DNA from: Macrostomum lignano
Lineage: Eukaryota
DNA: 64,000 nucleotides
Assembly: GCA_002269645.1 (NCBI GenBank)
Contig: NIVC01001068.1
Location: 124,001 to 188,000 of the forward strand
Direction of reading: 5' to 3'
Shown here: positions 1 through 18,912 of the stretch, piece by piece
How the letters are laid out: each line of letters begins with the position of its first letter
Numbering within the stretch: position 1 is the first letter of the stretch
Notes under the pieces: model-generated
The model's database searches: none
What the model saw: the letters and a program-made list of their open reading frames with translations, nothing else
Told to the model about the DNA's origin: nothing
Translations under genes and position numbers: made by a program

Positions 1-1023
1 TTACATAGATTTCAAAGACTATTCTACTGAAATTAAAACAATCATAAAAATGATATTCTTTTTTTACGAGAATATCATCGTAAATTGAAGCAAAATTGGA
101 TTTTAATTGACTAAATAAAATAAAATAAATTTTAATTTTAAATATTTTTTAAATTTAGTTCTTAGCTGAATGTAAGCACTGAACAAGCTATTTAACATTA
201 CAATACATCCAGTCATTCACGGCAAAATTCTTCTACTTTCTTCATGGTGTAGTAGACATACAGTAAAATAGAATTCGCAGTAATTTTTTTCTACTGTCAG
301 AAAGGAAATATTCTGAAAAACTAAAGCTTTTATTTGAAACTACTCGTAATTGCCGAGATTTGTAACCAAGTAAACTGCAGCAGGTATTTTCTGTATAAAA
401 TGGACCAAGATACCGCTTTTAATAAAAAAGCAAAGGATGATTCACTTGCACTTAAAATTGTTTTATTGAAACTTTTAAGAGTACCTAAAATTTACGTTAA
501 AGATGAGAAAAATTCACGTTTTTGTCCATCCACCAAAAATCTAAGTTTGTACTCACCTCTTCGACCCAGTTTTCCATTAGACATTTTGAGTCGGAATTTG
601 GAAGTGTCTGCTTCTGTTTCTGTTCTTGAAACATTTCTATTAGAACAAGACACGACAAAAAGATATCGATTTATTGACAGGAATCAACTGTTGACTGAGT
701 TTCTGTTGTGATTGATAATTTTAACCGAAATAGTCGTAGAATTTAAAATACGGGGCACAGCTAAGTACCATAGTAAACAGTTCTAGGACGCTTAAATTAT
801 ATTTTATTACTTTTAGTGCCTTAAAAAGGTTTTATTTTAAATATTTTTACATTAAAATGTTTAAAAAACGAATAACTAACTATATAAGTATAAAACCTTT
901 GTTTGAAATACTAAAGCTTCTCCTAGTAGCGATAAAATTTAACTTGCGTAGGTGACAGTTTTTTAGTTCTGAAAATACAAACGCCCAAATAAGAAATAGT
1001 TTTTAATACAAAGCCCTTCTATC

Positions 1024-7912
<6,889 letters not shown>

Positions 7913-8476
7913 GGCGGAGATTCATTATAGAACATTTAAGGTCATCTGAAATACTGTTTCTAAGAAAACAATGATGATCGCTTAGTAATAGTAAACGAAG
8001 CGTGAATAAATAAACCTGACTTTTGTTATAATCGACTCAAGCAAAATTCAGCGAGCCTTCAAAACTTTTCTAAGAAACAACAATCCTTTTTAGTAAGGTC
8101 ACGTGAGGTCTTTGAACACGCGTAAAAATCATTTTTTGGGTTTATTTGGATCCCAACCAAAGCCAGAATTAACCCTCATCCCGAAACAGCGTCTGTTGAT
8201 GCCCTGTTAGTATAGGCTCTGTGCACTGTGAATATGCTCTGGAAAGTTATAATTTCATTCTACTAGTATCTTGTTTAAACTGTTTCTATATTTACATGTA
8301 CTTTTATATTTTTTTTCTCCCTTCTGTCGAAATTAAAATAAAGGGCAGACTTTTGATTTTTGTCTGCCACAAGGTAAGGCACAAATTAAAGCAAAAACAA
8401 ATTTTGAACATCGATAAATTTTGATATACTATCGATAAAACGCGGTTCATATTTTCCCAATTCAGACAATCAAACT

Positions 8477-11400
8477 GAGAACAGGTCACAGTGAGAATGG
8501 GTCACAGTGAGAATGGGTCACAGTGAGAATGGGTCACAGTGAGAATGGGTCACAGTGAGAATGGGTCACAGTGAGAATGGGTCACAGTGAGAATGGGTCA
8601 CAGTGAGAATGGGTCACAGTGAGAATGGGTCACAGTGAGAATGGGTCGCAGTGAGAATGGGTTACATTGAGAATGGGTCACAGTGAGAATGGGTCACAGT
8701 GAGAATGGGTCACAGTGAGAATGGGTCACAGTGAGAATGGGTCGCAGTGAGAATGGGTTACATTGAGAATGGGTCACAGTGAGAATGGGTCACAGTGAGA
8801 ATGGGTCACAGTGAGAATGGGTCACAGTGAGAATGGGTCACAGTGAGAATGGGTCACAGTGAGAATGGGTCACAGTGAGAATCGGTCACAGTGAGAATGG
8901 GTCACAGTGAGAATGGGTCACAGTGAGAATGGGTCACAGTGAGAATAGGTCACAGTGAGAATGGGTCACAGTGAGAATGGGTCACAGTGAGAATGGGTCA
9001 CAGTGAGAATGGGTCACAGTGAGAATGGGTCACAGTGAGAATGGGTCAAAGTGAGAATAGGTCACAGTGAGAATGGGTCACAGTGAGAATGGGTCACAGT
9101 GAGAATGGGTTACAGTGAGAATGGGTCACAGTGAGAATGGGTCACAGTGAGAATTATGGGTCACTGTGAGAATGGGTCACAGTGAGAATGGGTCACAGTG
9201 AGAATGGGTCACAGTGAGAATGGGTCAAAGTGAGAATGGGTCACAGTGAGAATGGGTCACAGTGAGAATGGGTCACAGTGAGAATGGGTCACAGTGAGAA
9301 TGGGTCACAGTGAGAATGGGTCACAGTGAGAATGGGTCAAAGTGAGAATGGGTCGCAGTGAGAATGGGTCACAGTGAGAATGGGTCACAGTGAGAATCGG
9401 TCACAGTGAGAATGGGTCACAGTGAGAATGGGTCACAGTGAGAATGGGTCACAGTGAGAATCGGTCACAGTGAGAATGGGTCACAGTGAGAATGGGTCGC
9501 AGTGAGAATGGGTCACAGTGAGAATGGGTCACAGTGAGAATGGGTCACAGTGAGAATCGGTCACGGTGAGAATGGGTCACAGTGAGAATGGGTCACAGTG
9601 AGAATGGGTCACAGTGAGAATCGGTCACAGTGAGAATGGGTCACAGTGAGAATGGGTCACAGTGAGAATGGGTCACAGTGAGAATGGGTCACAGTGAGAA
9701 TGGGTCACAGTGAGAATGGGTCACAGTGAGAATGGGTCACAGTGAGAATGGGTCACAGTGAGAATCGGTCACAGTGAGAATGGGTCACAGTGAGAATGGG
9801 TCACAGTGAGAATCGGTCACAGTGAGAATGGGTCACAGTGAGAATGGGTCACAGTGAGAATGGGTCACAGTGAGAATCGGTCACGGTGAGAATGGGTCGC
9901 AGTGAGAATGGGTCACAGTGAGAATGGGTCACAGTGAGAATGGGTCAAAGTGAGAATGGGTCGCAGTGAGAATGGGTCACAGTGAGAATGGGTCACAGTG
10001 AGAATGGGTCACAGTGAGAATCGGTCACAGTGAGAATGGGTCACAGTGAGAATGGGTCACAGTGAGAATGGGTCACAGTGAGAATGGGTCACAGTGAGAA
10101 TGGGTCGCAGTGAGAATGGGTCACAGTGAGAATGGGTCACAGTGAGAATGGGTCACAGTGAGAATCGGTCACGGTGAGAATGGGTCACAGTGAGAATGGG
10201 TCACAGTGAGAATGGGTCACAGTGAGAATCGGTCACAGTGAGAATGGGTCACAGTGAGAATGGGTCACAGTGAGAATGGGTCACAGTGAGAATGGGTCAC
10301 TGTGAGAATGGGTCACAGTGAGAATCGGTCACAGTGAGAATCGGTCACGGTGAGAATGGGTCACAGTGAGAATGGGTCACAGTGAGAATGGGTCGCAGTG
10401 AGAATGGGTCACAGTGAGAATGGGTCACAGTGAGAATGGGTCACAGTGAGAATCGGTCACGGTGAGAATGGGTCACAGTGAGAATGGGTCACAGTGAGAA
10501 TCGGTCACAGTGAGAATGGGTCACAGTGAGAATGGGTCACAGTGAGAATGGGTCGCAGTGAGAATGGGTCACAGTGAGAATGGGTCACAGTGAGAATGGG
10601 TCACAGTGAGAATCGGTCACGGTGAGAATGGGTCACAGTGAGAATGGGTCACAGTGAGAATGGGTCACAGTGAGAATGGGTCACAGTGAGAATGGGTCAC
10701 AGTGAGAATGGGTCACAGTGAGAATGGGTCACAGTGAGAATGGGTCACAGTGAGAATGGGTCACAGTGAGAATGGGTCACAGTGAGAATGGGTCAAAGTG
10801 AGAATGGGTCGCAGTGAGAATGGGTCACAGTGAGAATGGGTTACAGTGAGAATGGGTCACAGTGAGAATGGGTCACAGTGAGAATGGGTTACAGTGAGAA
10901 TGGGTCACAGTGAGAATGGGTCACTGTGAGAATGGGTCACAGTGAGAATGGGTCACAGTGAGAATGGGTCGCAGTGAGAATGGGTCACAGTGAGAATGGG
11001 TCACAGTGAGAATGGGTCACAGTGAGAATCGGTCACGGTGAGAATGGGTCACAGTGAGAATGGGTCACAGTGAGAATGGGTCACAGTGAGAATCGGTCAC
11101 AGTGAGAATGGGTCACAGTGAGAATGGGTCACAGTGAGAATGGGTCACAGTGAGAATGGGTCACTGTGAGAATGGGTCACAGTGAGAATGGGTCACAGTG
11201 AGAATCGGTCACGGTGAGAATGGGTCACAGTGAGAATGGGTCACAGTGAGAATGGGTCGCAGTGAGAATGGGTCACAGTGAGAATGGGTCACAGTGAGAA
11301 TCGGTCACGGTGAGAATGGGTCACAGTGAGAATGGGTCACAGTGAGAATGGGTCACAGTGAGAATCGGTCACAGTGAGAATGGGTCACAGTGAGAATGGG

Positions 11401-12378
11401 TCACAGTGAGAATGGGTCGCAGTGAGAATGGGTCACAGTGAGAATGGGTCACAGTGAGAATGGGTCACAGTGAGAATCGGTCACGGTGAGAATGGGTCAC
11501 AGTGAGAATGGGTCACAGTGAGAATGGGTCACAGTGAGAATGGGTCACAGTGAGAATGGGTCACAGTGAGAATGGGTCACAGTGAGAATGGGTCACAGTG
11601 AGAATGGGTCACAGTGAGAATGGGTCACAGTGAGAATGGGTCACAGTGAGAATGGGTCACAGTGAGAATGGGTCAAAGTGAGAATGGGTCACAGTGAGAA
11701 TAAGTCACAGTGAGAATGGGTCACAGTGAGAATGGGTCACAGTGAGAATGGGTCACAGTGAGAATGGGTCACAGTCAGAATGGGTCACAGTGAGAATGGG
11801 TCACTGTGAGAATGGGTCACAGTGAGAATGGGTCACAGTGAGAATGGGTCACAGTGAGAATGGGTCACTGTGAGAATGGGTCACAGTGAGAATGGGTCAC
11901 AGTGAGAATGGGTTACAGTGAGAATGGGTCACAGTGAGAATGGGTCACAGTGAGAATGGGTTACAGTGAGAATGGGTCACAGTGAGAATGGGTCACTGTG
12001 AGAATGGGTCACAGTGAGAATGGGTCACAGTGAGAATGGGTCACAGTGAGAATGGGTCACAGTGAGAATAGGTCACAGTGAGAATGGGTCACAGTGAGAA
12101 TGGGTCACAGTGAGAATGGGTCACAGTGAGAATGGGTCACAGTGAGAATCGGTCACGGTGAGAATGGGTCACAGTGGGAATGGGTCACAGTGAGAATGGG
12201 TCACAGTGAGAATGGGTCACAGTGAGAATGGGTCACAGTGAGAATGGGTCACAGTGAGAATGGGTCACAGTGAGAATGGGTCACAGTGAGAATGGGTCAC
12301 AGTGAGAATGGGTCACAGTGAGAATGGGTCACAGTGAGAATGGGTCACAGTGAGAATGGGTCACAGTGAGAAGTGAGA
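8477..12378. repeat. 16-bp satellite (gagaatgggtcacagt), ~240 units
   Basis: Near-homogeneous ~3.9-kb tandem array with recurring single-base variants. Confidence 0.97.
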
Positions 12379-12747
12379 ATGGATTCTAACGAGCTTATGC
12401 ATATATGTATGCAGGAGCGAAAAAATGGAAAAATGTTTTAATCCCAGGTGGGATTAGGCGGTTTAGTCAGTTTGGCTCTCACCCGACCATCTACCTGCAT
12501 GTGCGCGGCCACTTTGTGTTGCTCACCAATTATGCCTGCAATTCGCGAGGGTGTCCAGAATCTCAGCCTGTGTCTGGGACCGAAATTGCTTAAAATAGCC
12601 GATTATTTTAGGGAATTCGAAAATCGCTTCTGACGCAAAGCATTGCAATTTCGAAGAAAAAAAATTCGAAGCGAATTCTCAAAAGAATCCTGGTAATTCA
12701 CTGAGTTTTTGGCTTCTTACAGAACGGAAAGCTAGCCAGCCAGCCAG

Positions 12748-13040
<293 letters not shown>

Positions 13041-13441
13041 CAGATAGATAGACAGGCAAATGCAATCCGAGGCTCGCGGACAGACCAGTCCTTCGCCACT
13101 GTAAATCCCCCTCTCCCATAACGGTGGCCTGCGAAATGAAGCGCAAGCAGCCCAGCCGCTCAGAGCAGACTAGAGACCTCTCTCTAATCTCCCAGCAAAT
13201 GGGAAGAGCAGCTGAGCTCGGGGACGTCACACCGACGGGCCTCGGACAAAATCGATTCTTTTTAAAGTCTGCTCAGTGATTGGCCGAGTCTGCGGCTCCC
13301 TACTCCGGGACCTTCTCCCGCCATAGGCATCTCTCCAATTTTGGGGATAAATGCAGTCTTGATGCAGTTTTTGGCAAACGCGCTCTTAGTTTAGATAAAC
13401 GCAAATTTCTCCTAGGAAACTCAAGAAAATCCCAGTTAGTT

Positions 13442-15386
13442 ATGGCTGTATTACCTGGCATAGAGTTTTTTCTATTCCTAGTCAAGATTGTTGTCATGGT
13501 GACCGGCTTGGCTGGCAACGCCATGGTTATACTGGTGATTGGCAGCAGCAAGCAGCTGCACACGAGGGTCAACGCGCTGCTGGTTAATCTGGCGCTGGCC
13601 GACATGCTGTCTCTGCTGGTGTGCGTGCCGCACAGCATTCTGGACGACTTCAAGACTGTCTACAGACCTGCCATTATCTGTGAGCACCGATTCGCACTCT
13701 GTGTGTCATCTTGCATCTCTCTCCGCTGTCTCACCCTTTGTCTCACCCTGCATCTCGTCTCTGTCTCACCCCGTGTGTCACCCTGCATCTCTCCCTTCTG
13801 CCTCACCCCGTGTGTCACCCTGCATCTCTCCCTTCTGCCTCACCCCGTGTGTCACCCTGCATCTCTCCTCTATCTCACCCCTTGTCTCACCCTGCATCTC
13901 TCTCCTCTGTCTCACCCCGTGTCTCACCCTGCATCTTTTCTCTCTGTCTCACCCTGCATCTCTCTCTTCTGTCTCACCCCGTGTCTCACCCTGCATCTTT
14001 TCTCTCTGTCTCACCCTCCATCTCTCTCTTCTGTCTCATCCCGTGTGTTACCCTGCATCTCTCCTCTCTGTCGCACCCCGTGTCTTAACCCTACATCTGT
14101 CCTCTATTCTTTGCCCTCTTTGTCTCACCCTGCGTCACCCCACTCTGTTTCATCCCTTGTTTTACTTTTCATCTCTTCTATGTCTCATCCCGTGTCTCAA
14201 CCCTGCATCTCACCCCCTGTCTCACCCAGCATTTCTCATTTTCATCTCACCCCGTGTCTCACCCTAAATCCATCTACTCTGTTACAACATGTGTCTCACT
14301 CTGCAACTCTGCCTGCATCTCCCCATGTATTTCTCCCTTCAGCTCTTTCTCTCTCCTTCGAATGAATCCTCGGTGAGTCTTCTGAGATGTTCCGTAACTA
14401 TCACCAAACTTCTACTTGCACCCCTTCTTCCTGCAGGCAAGCTGGGATTCAGCCTGGAGCACGCATTCACCATGGGCTCCAGCCTGACGATTGTCCTCAT
14501 TGCTCTGGAACGCCTTCTGGTGGTCTGCTTCCCGATGCGCGCTCCAGCCCTGCTAGCCAAGCGCTCACTGCGCACCAGCTCCGTTGCCCTGCTGTGGCTG
14601 GTGGCTCTGGCCGAGCCCATTCCATTCTTCATCGGCGGCCGGGCGGAAATGTACACCGAATTCGGTCTAGCGGACAACGACACCATGGCAACGGAAGCGG
14701 TTAACTATTATCACTGCGAACTGCCGCTGCCAAACGATCTCAATGCTACCATGATGTTCCTGCCGCCTGCCGTATTCTACACTCTGAGCACTGTACTCGA
14801 GCTCTACCTGCCCATGGCTCTGATTGCCGTGCTGTACACCGTGGTCCTGCGCAGCCTGTTGAAGTCGTGCAAGCAGCTTCGCGGCGGAGCGTCGCAGCGT
14901 CGGGTGCAGATCAACCAGACTGCTCTGCGGCGCAGGCGTCGGGTTGTGTACGTCAACTGCATAGTGGCTGCGGCCTACTTTCTCACCACCACCCCGTTTA
15001 GAAGCATCGCGTTGTGCTTCTGCAGCAGCGACTGCTACAGTTTGCTCACCTCGGGACCGGCTGGTGGCGACCGAGCCTACTTACTCACGCATCTGTTGCG
15101 AACTCTGTTCTACCTGAACCACTGCTTGAATCCGGTCATCTACAACCTGGCTAGCAAATCATTTCGGACTGAATTTCGTAGAAAGTTGCGGACTGCCTGT
15201 CGCTGCGGCGGAAACGGGAACGGAAACGGCCTCTCTGCGACTCCGCGACAGCCGTTGACGAGTGCGGCAGCGGACAATCGCTATCGACGGGTTGCCATGG
15301 TAACTGATACGCCCGAGCACGCGGCGGCAGTGAATTTTTGCCGACAATTCACCCGAACTACGCAGATGAACGTGCGGATCAACTGA
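13442..15386 (+). CDS. Rhodopsin-like (class A) GPCR, probably a peptide receptor
   Basis: Exons ~13442-13679 and 14437-15386 (phase-1 intron). TM1 GLAGNAMV, TM2 LVNLALAD, TM3 CKL...IALER (E-R-L variant of DRY), TM5 LYLPM, TM6 YFLTTTPF, TM7 NHCLNPVIY, helix 8 FRTEF. The 5' end is uncertain: a strong acceptor (ttttctattcctag at 13481) suggests an unidentified upstream exon. Confidence 0.88.
13700..14330. repeat. Degenerate CT-rich minisatellite (tctcaccctgcatctc-like) in the GPCR intron
   Basis: Repeating ctcaccctgcatct / ctcacccgtgt motifs. Confidence 0.8.
15291..15304. promoter_or_regulatory. Perfect RFX X-box-like palindrome GTTGCCATGGTAAC inside the GPCR coding tail
   Basis: Exact match to the GTTRCCATGGYAAC consensus. 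Function not demonstrated. Confidence 0.3.
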
Positions 15387-15439
15387 GGCCAGAACGGGAT
15401 GATGTTGACCTGCCGCTGAATGCTTGTGCACCGATTAAC

Positions 15440-16136
15440 TTGGTCAGACTATACATACTGTCCCATTGTCAGACTATACCGGTATAGATACTGTCCCATT
15501 GTCAGACTATACCGGTATATATACTGTCCATTGTCAGACTATATACATACTGTCCCATTGTCAGACTATATACATACTGTCCCATTGTCAGACTATATAT
15601 ATACTGTCCATTGTCAGACTATATACATACTGTCCCATTGTCAGACTATATACGTACTGTCCCATTGTCAGACTATATACATACTGTCCCATTGTCAGAC
15701 TATGTACATACTGTCCATTGTCAGACTATATACATACTGTCCATTGTCAGACTATATACATACTGTCCATTGTCAGACTATATACATACTGTCCATTGTC
15801 AGACTATATACATACTGTCCATTGTCAGACTATATATATATATATACTGTCCCATTGTCAGACTATGTACATACTGTCCATTGTCAGACTATATATATAT
15901 ATATACTGTCCCATTGTCAGACTATGTACATACTGTCCATTGTCAGACTATATATATATATATACTGTCCATTGTCAGACTATATACGTACTGTCCCATT
16001 GTCAGACTATATATATATATATACTGTCCCATTGTCAGACTATATATATATATATACTGTCCCATTGTCAGACTATATACATACTGTCCATTGTCAGACT
16101 ATATACGTACTGTCCCATTGTCAGACTATATATACA
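15440..16136. repeat. ~26-27-bp minisatellite (actgtcccattgtcagactatatacat) with variable TA tract
   Basis: Direct reading; lies just 3' of the GPCR stop codon. Confidence 0.92.
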
Positions 16137-16972
16137 GACTTTGCATCAATTATGTAATTAAAAAATTGTCAGAATTTTCGCAGGCCCTAAAGTTCTGTTT
16201 CTAAGAAAGTGAAATCCAAAAGGCCGCTCAAACTCAGCCGCCTATTCATCACTACACTTAATATACAAAAAATATAATTCAGAAATTGACCTGTTTAATT
16301 AATCTCCCGTTTAAGTTGACTTCCGGCTGACAGCCTGAGGTCCGGGTGTTATTTTGAAATTATTACAAAATTAATTTAATCTCCCCCAGGAAACGGGTAG
16401 CCAGTAGTTACTAAATTAATTCAGAAATGATGTCACTTGACTAAATGAATATTATTGAAAAGCCGAAAAAAAATTATACTCCCAGTCCCTCCGATAAAAG
16501 TGTGCATCTTCTATAATAATTATTGAATAATATTGTTTTTAACTCTTGCCTACTCGTAATACTCTGACATTGTGATATCGTGTTTATTATCGGAGCAGTC
16601 CCATATGTAGTTCAGCTTAATTTGGTGCCGAAATTCCAACAAAAGCACGTGATCCACTTCGACACTGGCAATTGGATTCTAATTGTCCTCTATGACTCAA
16701 ATTGGTGCTAAATAGTTAATATTGCAATATTCAGTTGCAGTATCTCACCACGTAAGTCATGCAACCGGAGAGAGGCATATAAGACAAGATTAGACCGTTT
16801 GATTTCCCCGGGAGCCGCATCGCAGGCTGCTGGAGATCACGTGATCACCTAGGCATCCCCGAGGGCGAGCTGAAATTCGCACCAGCCAGGGATCTCTGCG
16901 TGTAGATACCTGGCCAAAACTGCCAATTATTGCCTAAACATTCCCTGAGTTTATGCAGTTTTATGAAGTTTA

Positions 16973-17125
16973 GAATGTGCAGTTTGGGGATGTGCAGTTT
17001 GGGGATGTGCAGTTTGGGGATGTGCAGTTTGGGGATGTGCAGTTTGGGGATGTGCAGTTTGGGGATGTGCAGTTTGGGGATGTTCAGTTTGGGGATGTGC
17101 AGTTTGGGGATGTGCAGTTTGGGGG
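16973..17125. repeat. 15-bp minisatellite (gtgcagtttggggat) x~10
   Basis: Direct reading. Confidence 0.92.
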
Positions 17126-17563
17126 CTGTGAAGACTGGTCTCCAATCCGAAAGCTCTCTACAGAATAGCAGTGGTCCCTGGCTTCCAGACAAGAAATTCC
17201 CCAGACTGCCTCCGCGCGACGAAGTCTTTTTTATCTCGAATCTGCTTCGCGCATTCAAGCAAAGCCCCGCATGCAAGAGAACTCACTTTCCCGTGGAAGC
17301 GAAATAAACAGAAAAAAATGCAGCAGGTGCACGAAAAGCTTCAGAGATGAAAAAGAATTTAGTGGGCGGGGACCCTGGCTGACTAGCACCTAATCTATAA
17401 TGCGGGCGATTTTTCAAATAAATCTTATCTGTCAGTGTTTTCCTCTCTTTAATCTGAGTCTTCTCTGTTCGCCTGCAGCCCTATTAAATATTGTCCCTGA
17501 TGGAACTTGAGAACTACACGTGAGCCTGCAAAGCTAAAACGCCAAGAGTTAATCCTTCTTTAT

Positions 17564-17742
17564 TGGCGCAGAGCAGCTCACAATGTCTGACTCTCGCATT
17601 ACGAACCCTGGTTCAATTCCGTGAGCCGCTGTCGTGCAATTCACACCAAGGCACAGAGTGTACATGCTTGAAGATTAGAGAGTCAGGGCCTCTGTACACC
17701 CAAGGACAACTGTCAGGGGTGTGTGAGCGCGTGTGTGAGTGT
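17564..17742 (+). mobile_element. tRNA-derived SINE-like element (family A)
   Basis: A-box-like tggcgcagagcag and B-box ggttcaattcc. Body ccaaggcacagagtgtacatgc is shared with copies at ~20345-20432 (+) and ~45485-45620 (-). Confidence 0.55.
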
Positions 17743-17756
17743 CTTTATCTTTACTG

Positions 17757-18385
17757 TGTCTTTCACTCTGTCCTTCACTCTGTCTCACTCTGTCCCTCAC
17801 TCTGTCCCTCACTCTGTCCCTCACTCTGTCCCTCACTCTGTCCTTCACTCTGTCCCTCACTCTGTCCCTCACTCTGTCCATCACTCTGTCCCTCACTCTG
17901 TCCATCACTCTGTCCCTCACTCTGTCCCTCACTCTGTCCCTCACTCTGTCCCTCACTCTGCCCCTCACTCTGTCCCTCACTCTGTCCCTCACTCTGTCCC
18001 TCACTCTGTTTCACTCTGTCCCTCACTCTGTCCATCACTCTGTCCCTCACTCTGTCTCTGACTCTGTCCCTCATTCTATCGCTCACTCTGTCCCTGACTC
18101 TGTCCCTCACTCTATCGCTCACTCTGTCCCTGACTCTGTCCCTCACTCTGTCCCTCACTCTGTCCCTCACTCTGTCCTTCACTCTGTCCATCACTCTGTC
18201 CCTCACTCTGTCTCTCACTCTGTCCCTCACTCTGTCCCTCACTCTGTCCCTCACTCTGTCCCTCACTCTGTCCCTCACTCTGTCCCTCACTCTGTCCCTC
18301 ACTCTGTCCCTCACTCTGTCCCTCACTCTGTCTCACTCTGTCCCTCACTCTGTCTCGCTCTGTCCCTCACTCTGTCCCTCACCCT
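17757..18385. repeat. 12-bp minisatellite (cactctgtccct)
   Basis: Direct reading. Confidence 0.93.
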
Positions 18386-18912
18386 CGTTTAACCTTTCTT
18401 TATTCTCATTCGCAACTAAAGTTCATGCAGAAAGTTAGGCAGATGCAGTAACGACGCTAAAAATTGTTACTGGAAGTTTCTCGGAATTATCAAAACTGTT
18501 TCTACACAGTGCCGGAAATTACTTAAACGTGCAATTTGTAACGCAATCATTTAATTATTCTTCTGCAATAAACGTTGTCATCCAACAATTAGGCAGGTGC
18601 GGCAGAGTAATACAAAAGAGAATTTACCAATCAGCTTAGACAATATGCCTTGGAGTATTGGGGCGGATTGGAGATCGAGGCGTGGAAGAGAAAATTTGAT
18701 TGACAATTAAGGAGGAACCCTACGAATAAACACGAAAAGCGTCCACGCATACGAAAATATGTTTAAATACTTGCGTGCGTAAAATATGTTGCTAGGAAAA
18801 TCATGACGAAAGAAACTTTTAACACAAAAACATTGTCCGAATTTGTCTTAACTTGTATAATCATTTCTACGAGTAGTTCCAATATATCGAGTCGGATGAC
18901 TCACGACAGGCT

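Noticed and set aside
334-711. 125-aa ORF upstream of CATIP
   Set aside because: TTG start, AT-rich, no recognisable domain; probably promoter or UTR DNA.
760-782. X-box-like gtaccatagtaaac upstream of CATIP
   Set aside because: Too many mismatches to the RFX consensus to distinguish from chance.
16835-16846. 12-bp palindrome GATCACGTGATC (E-box)
   Set aside because: Single occurrence with no identifiable nearby TSS.
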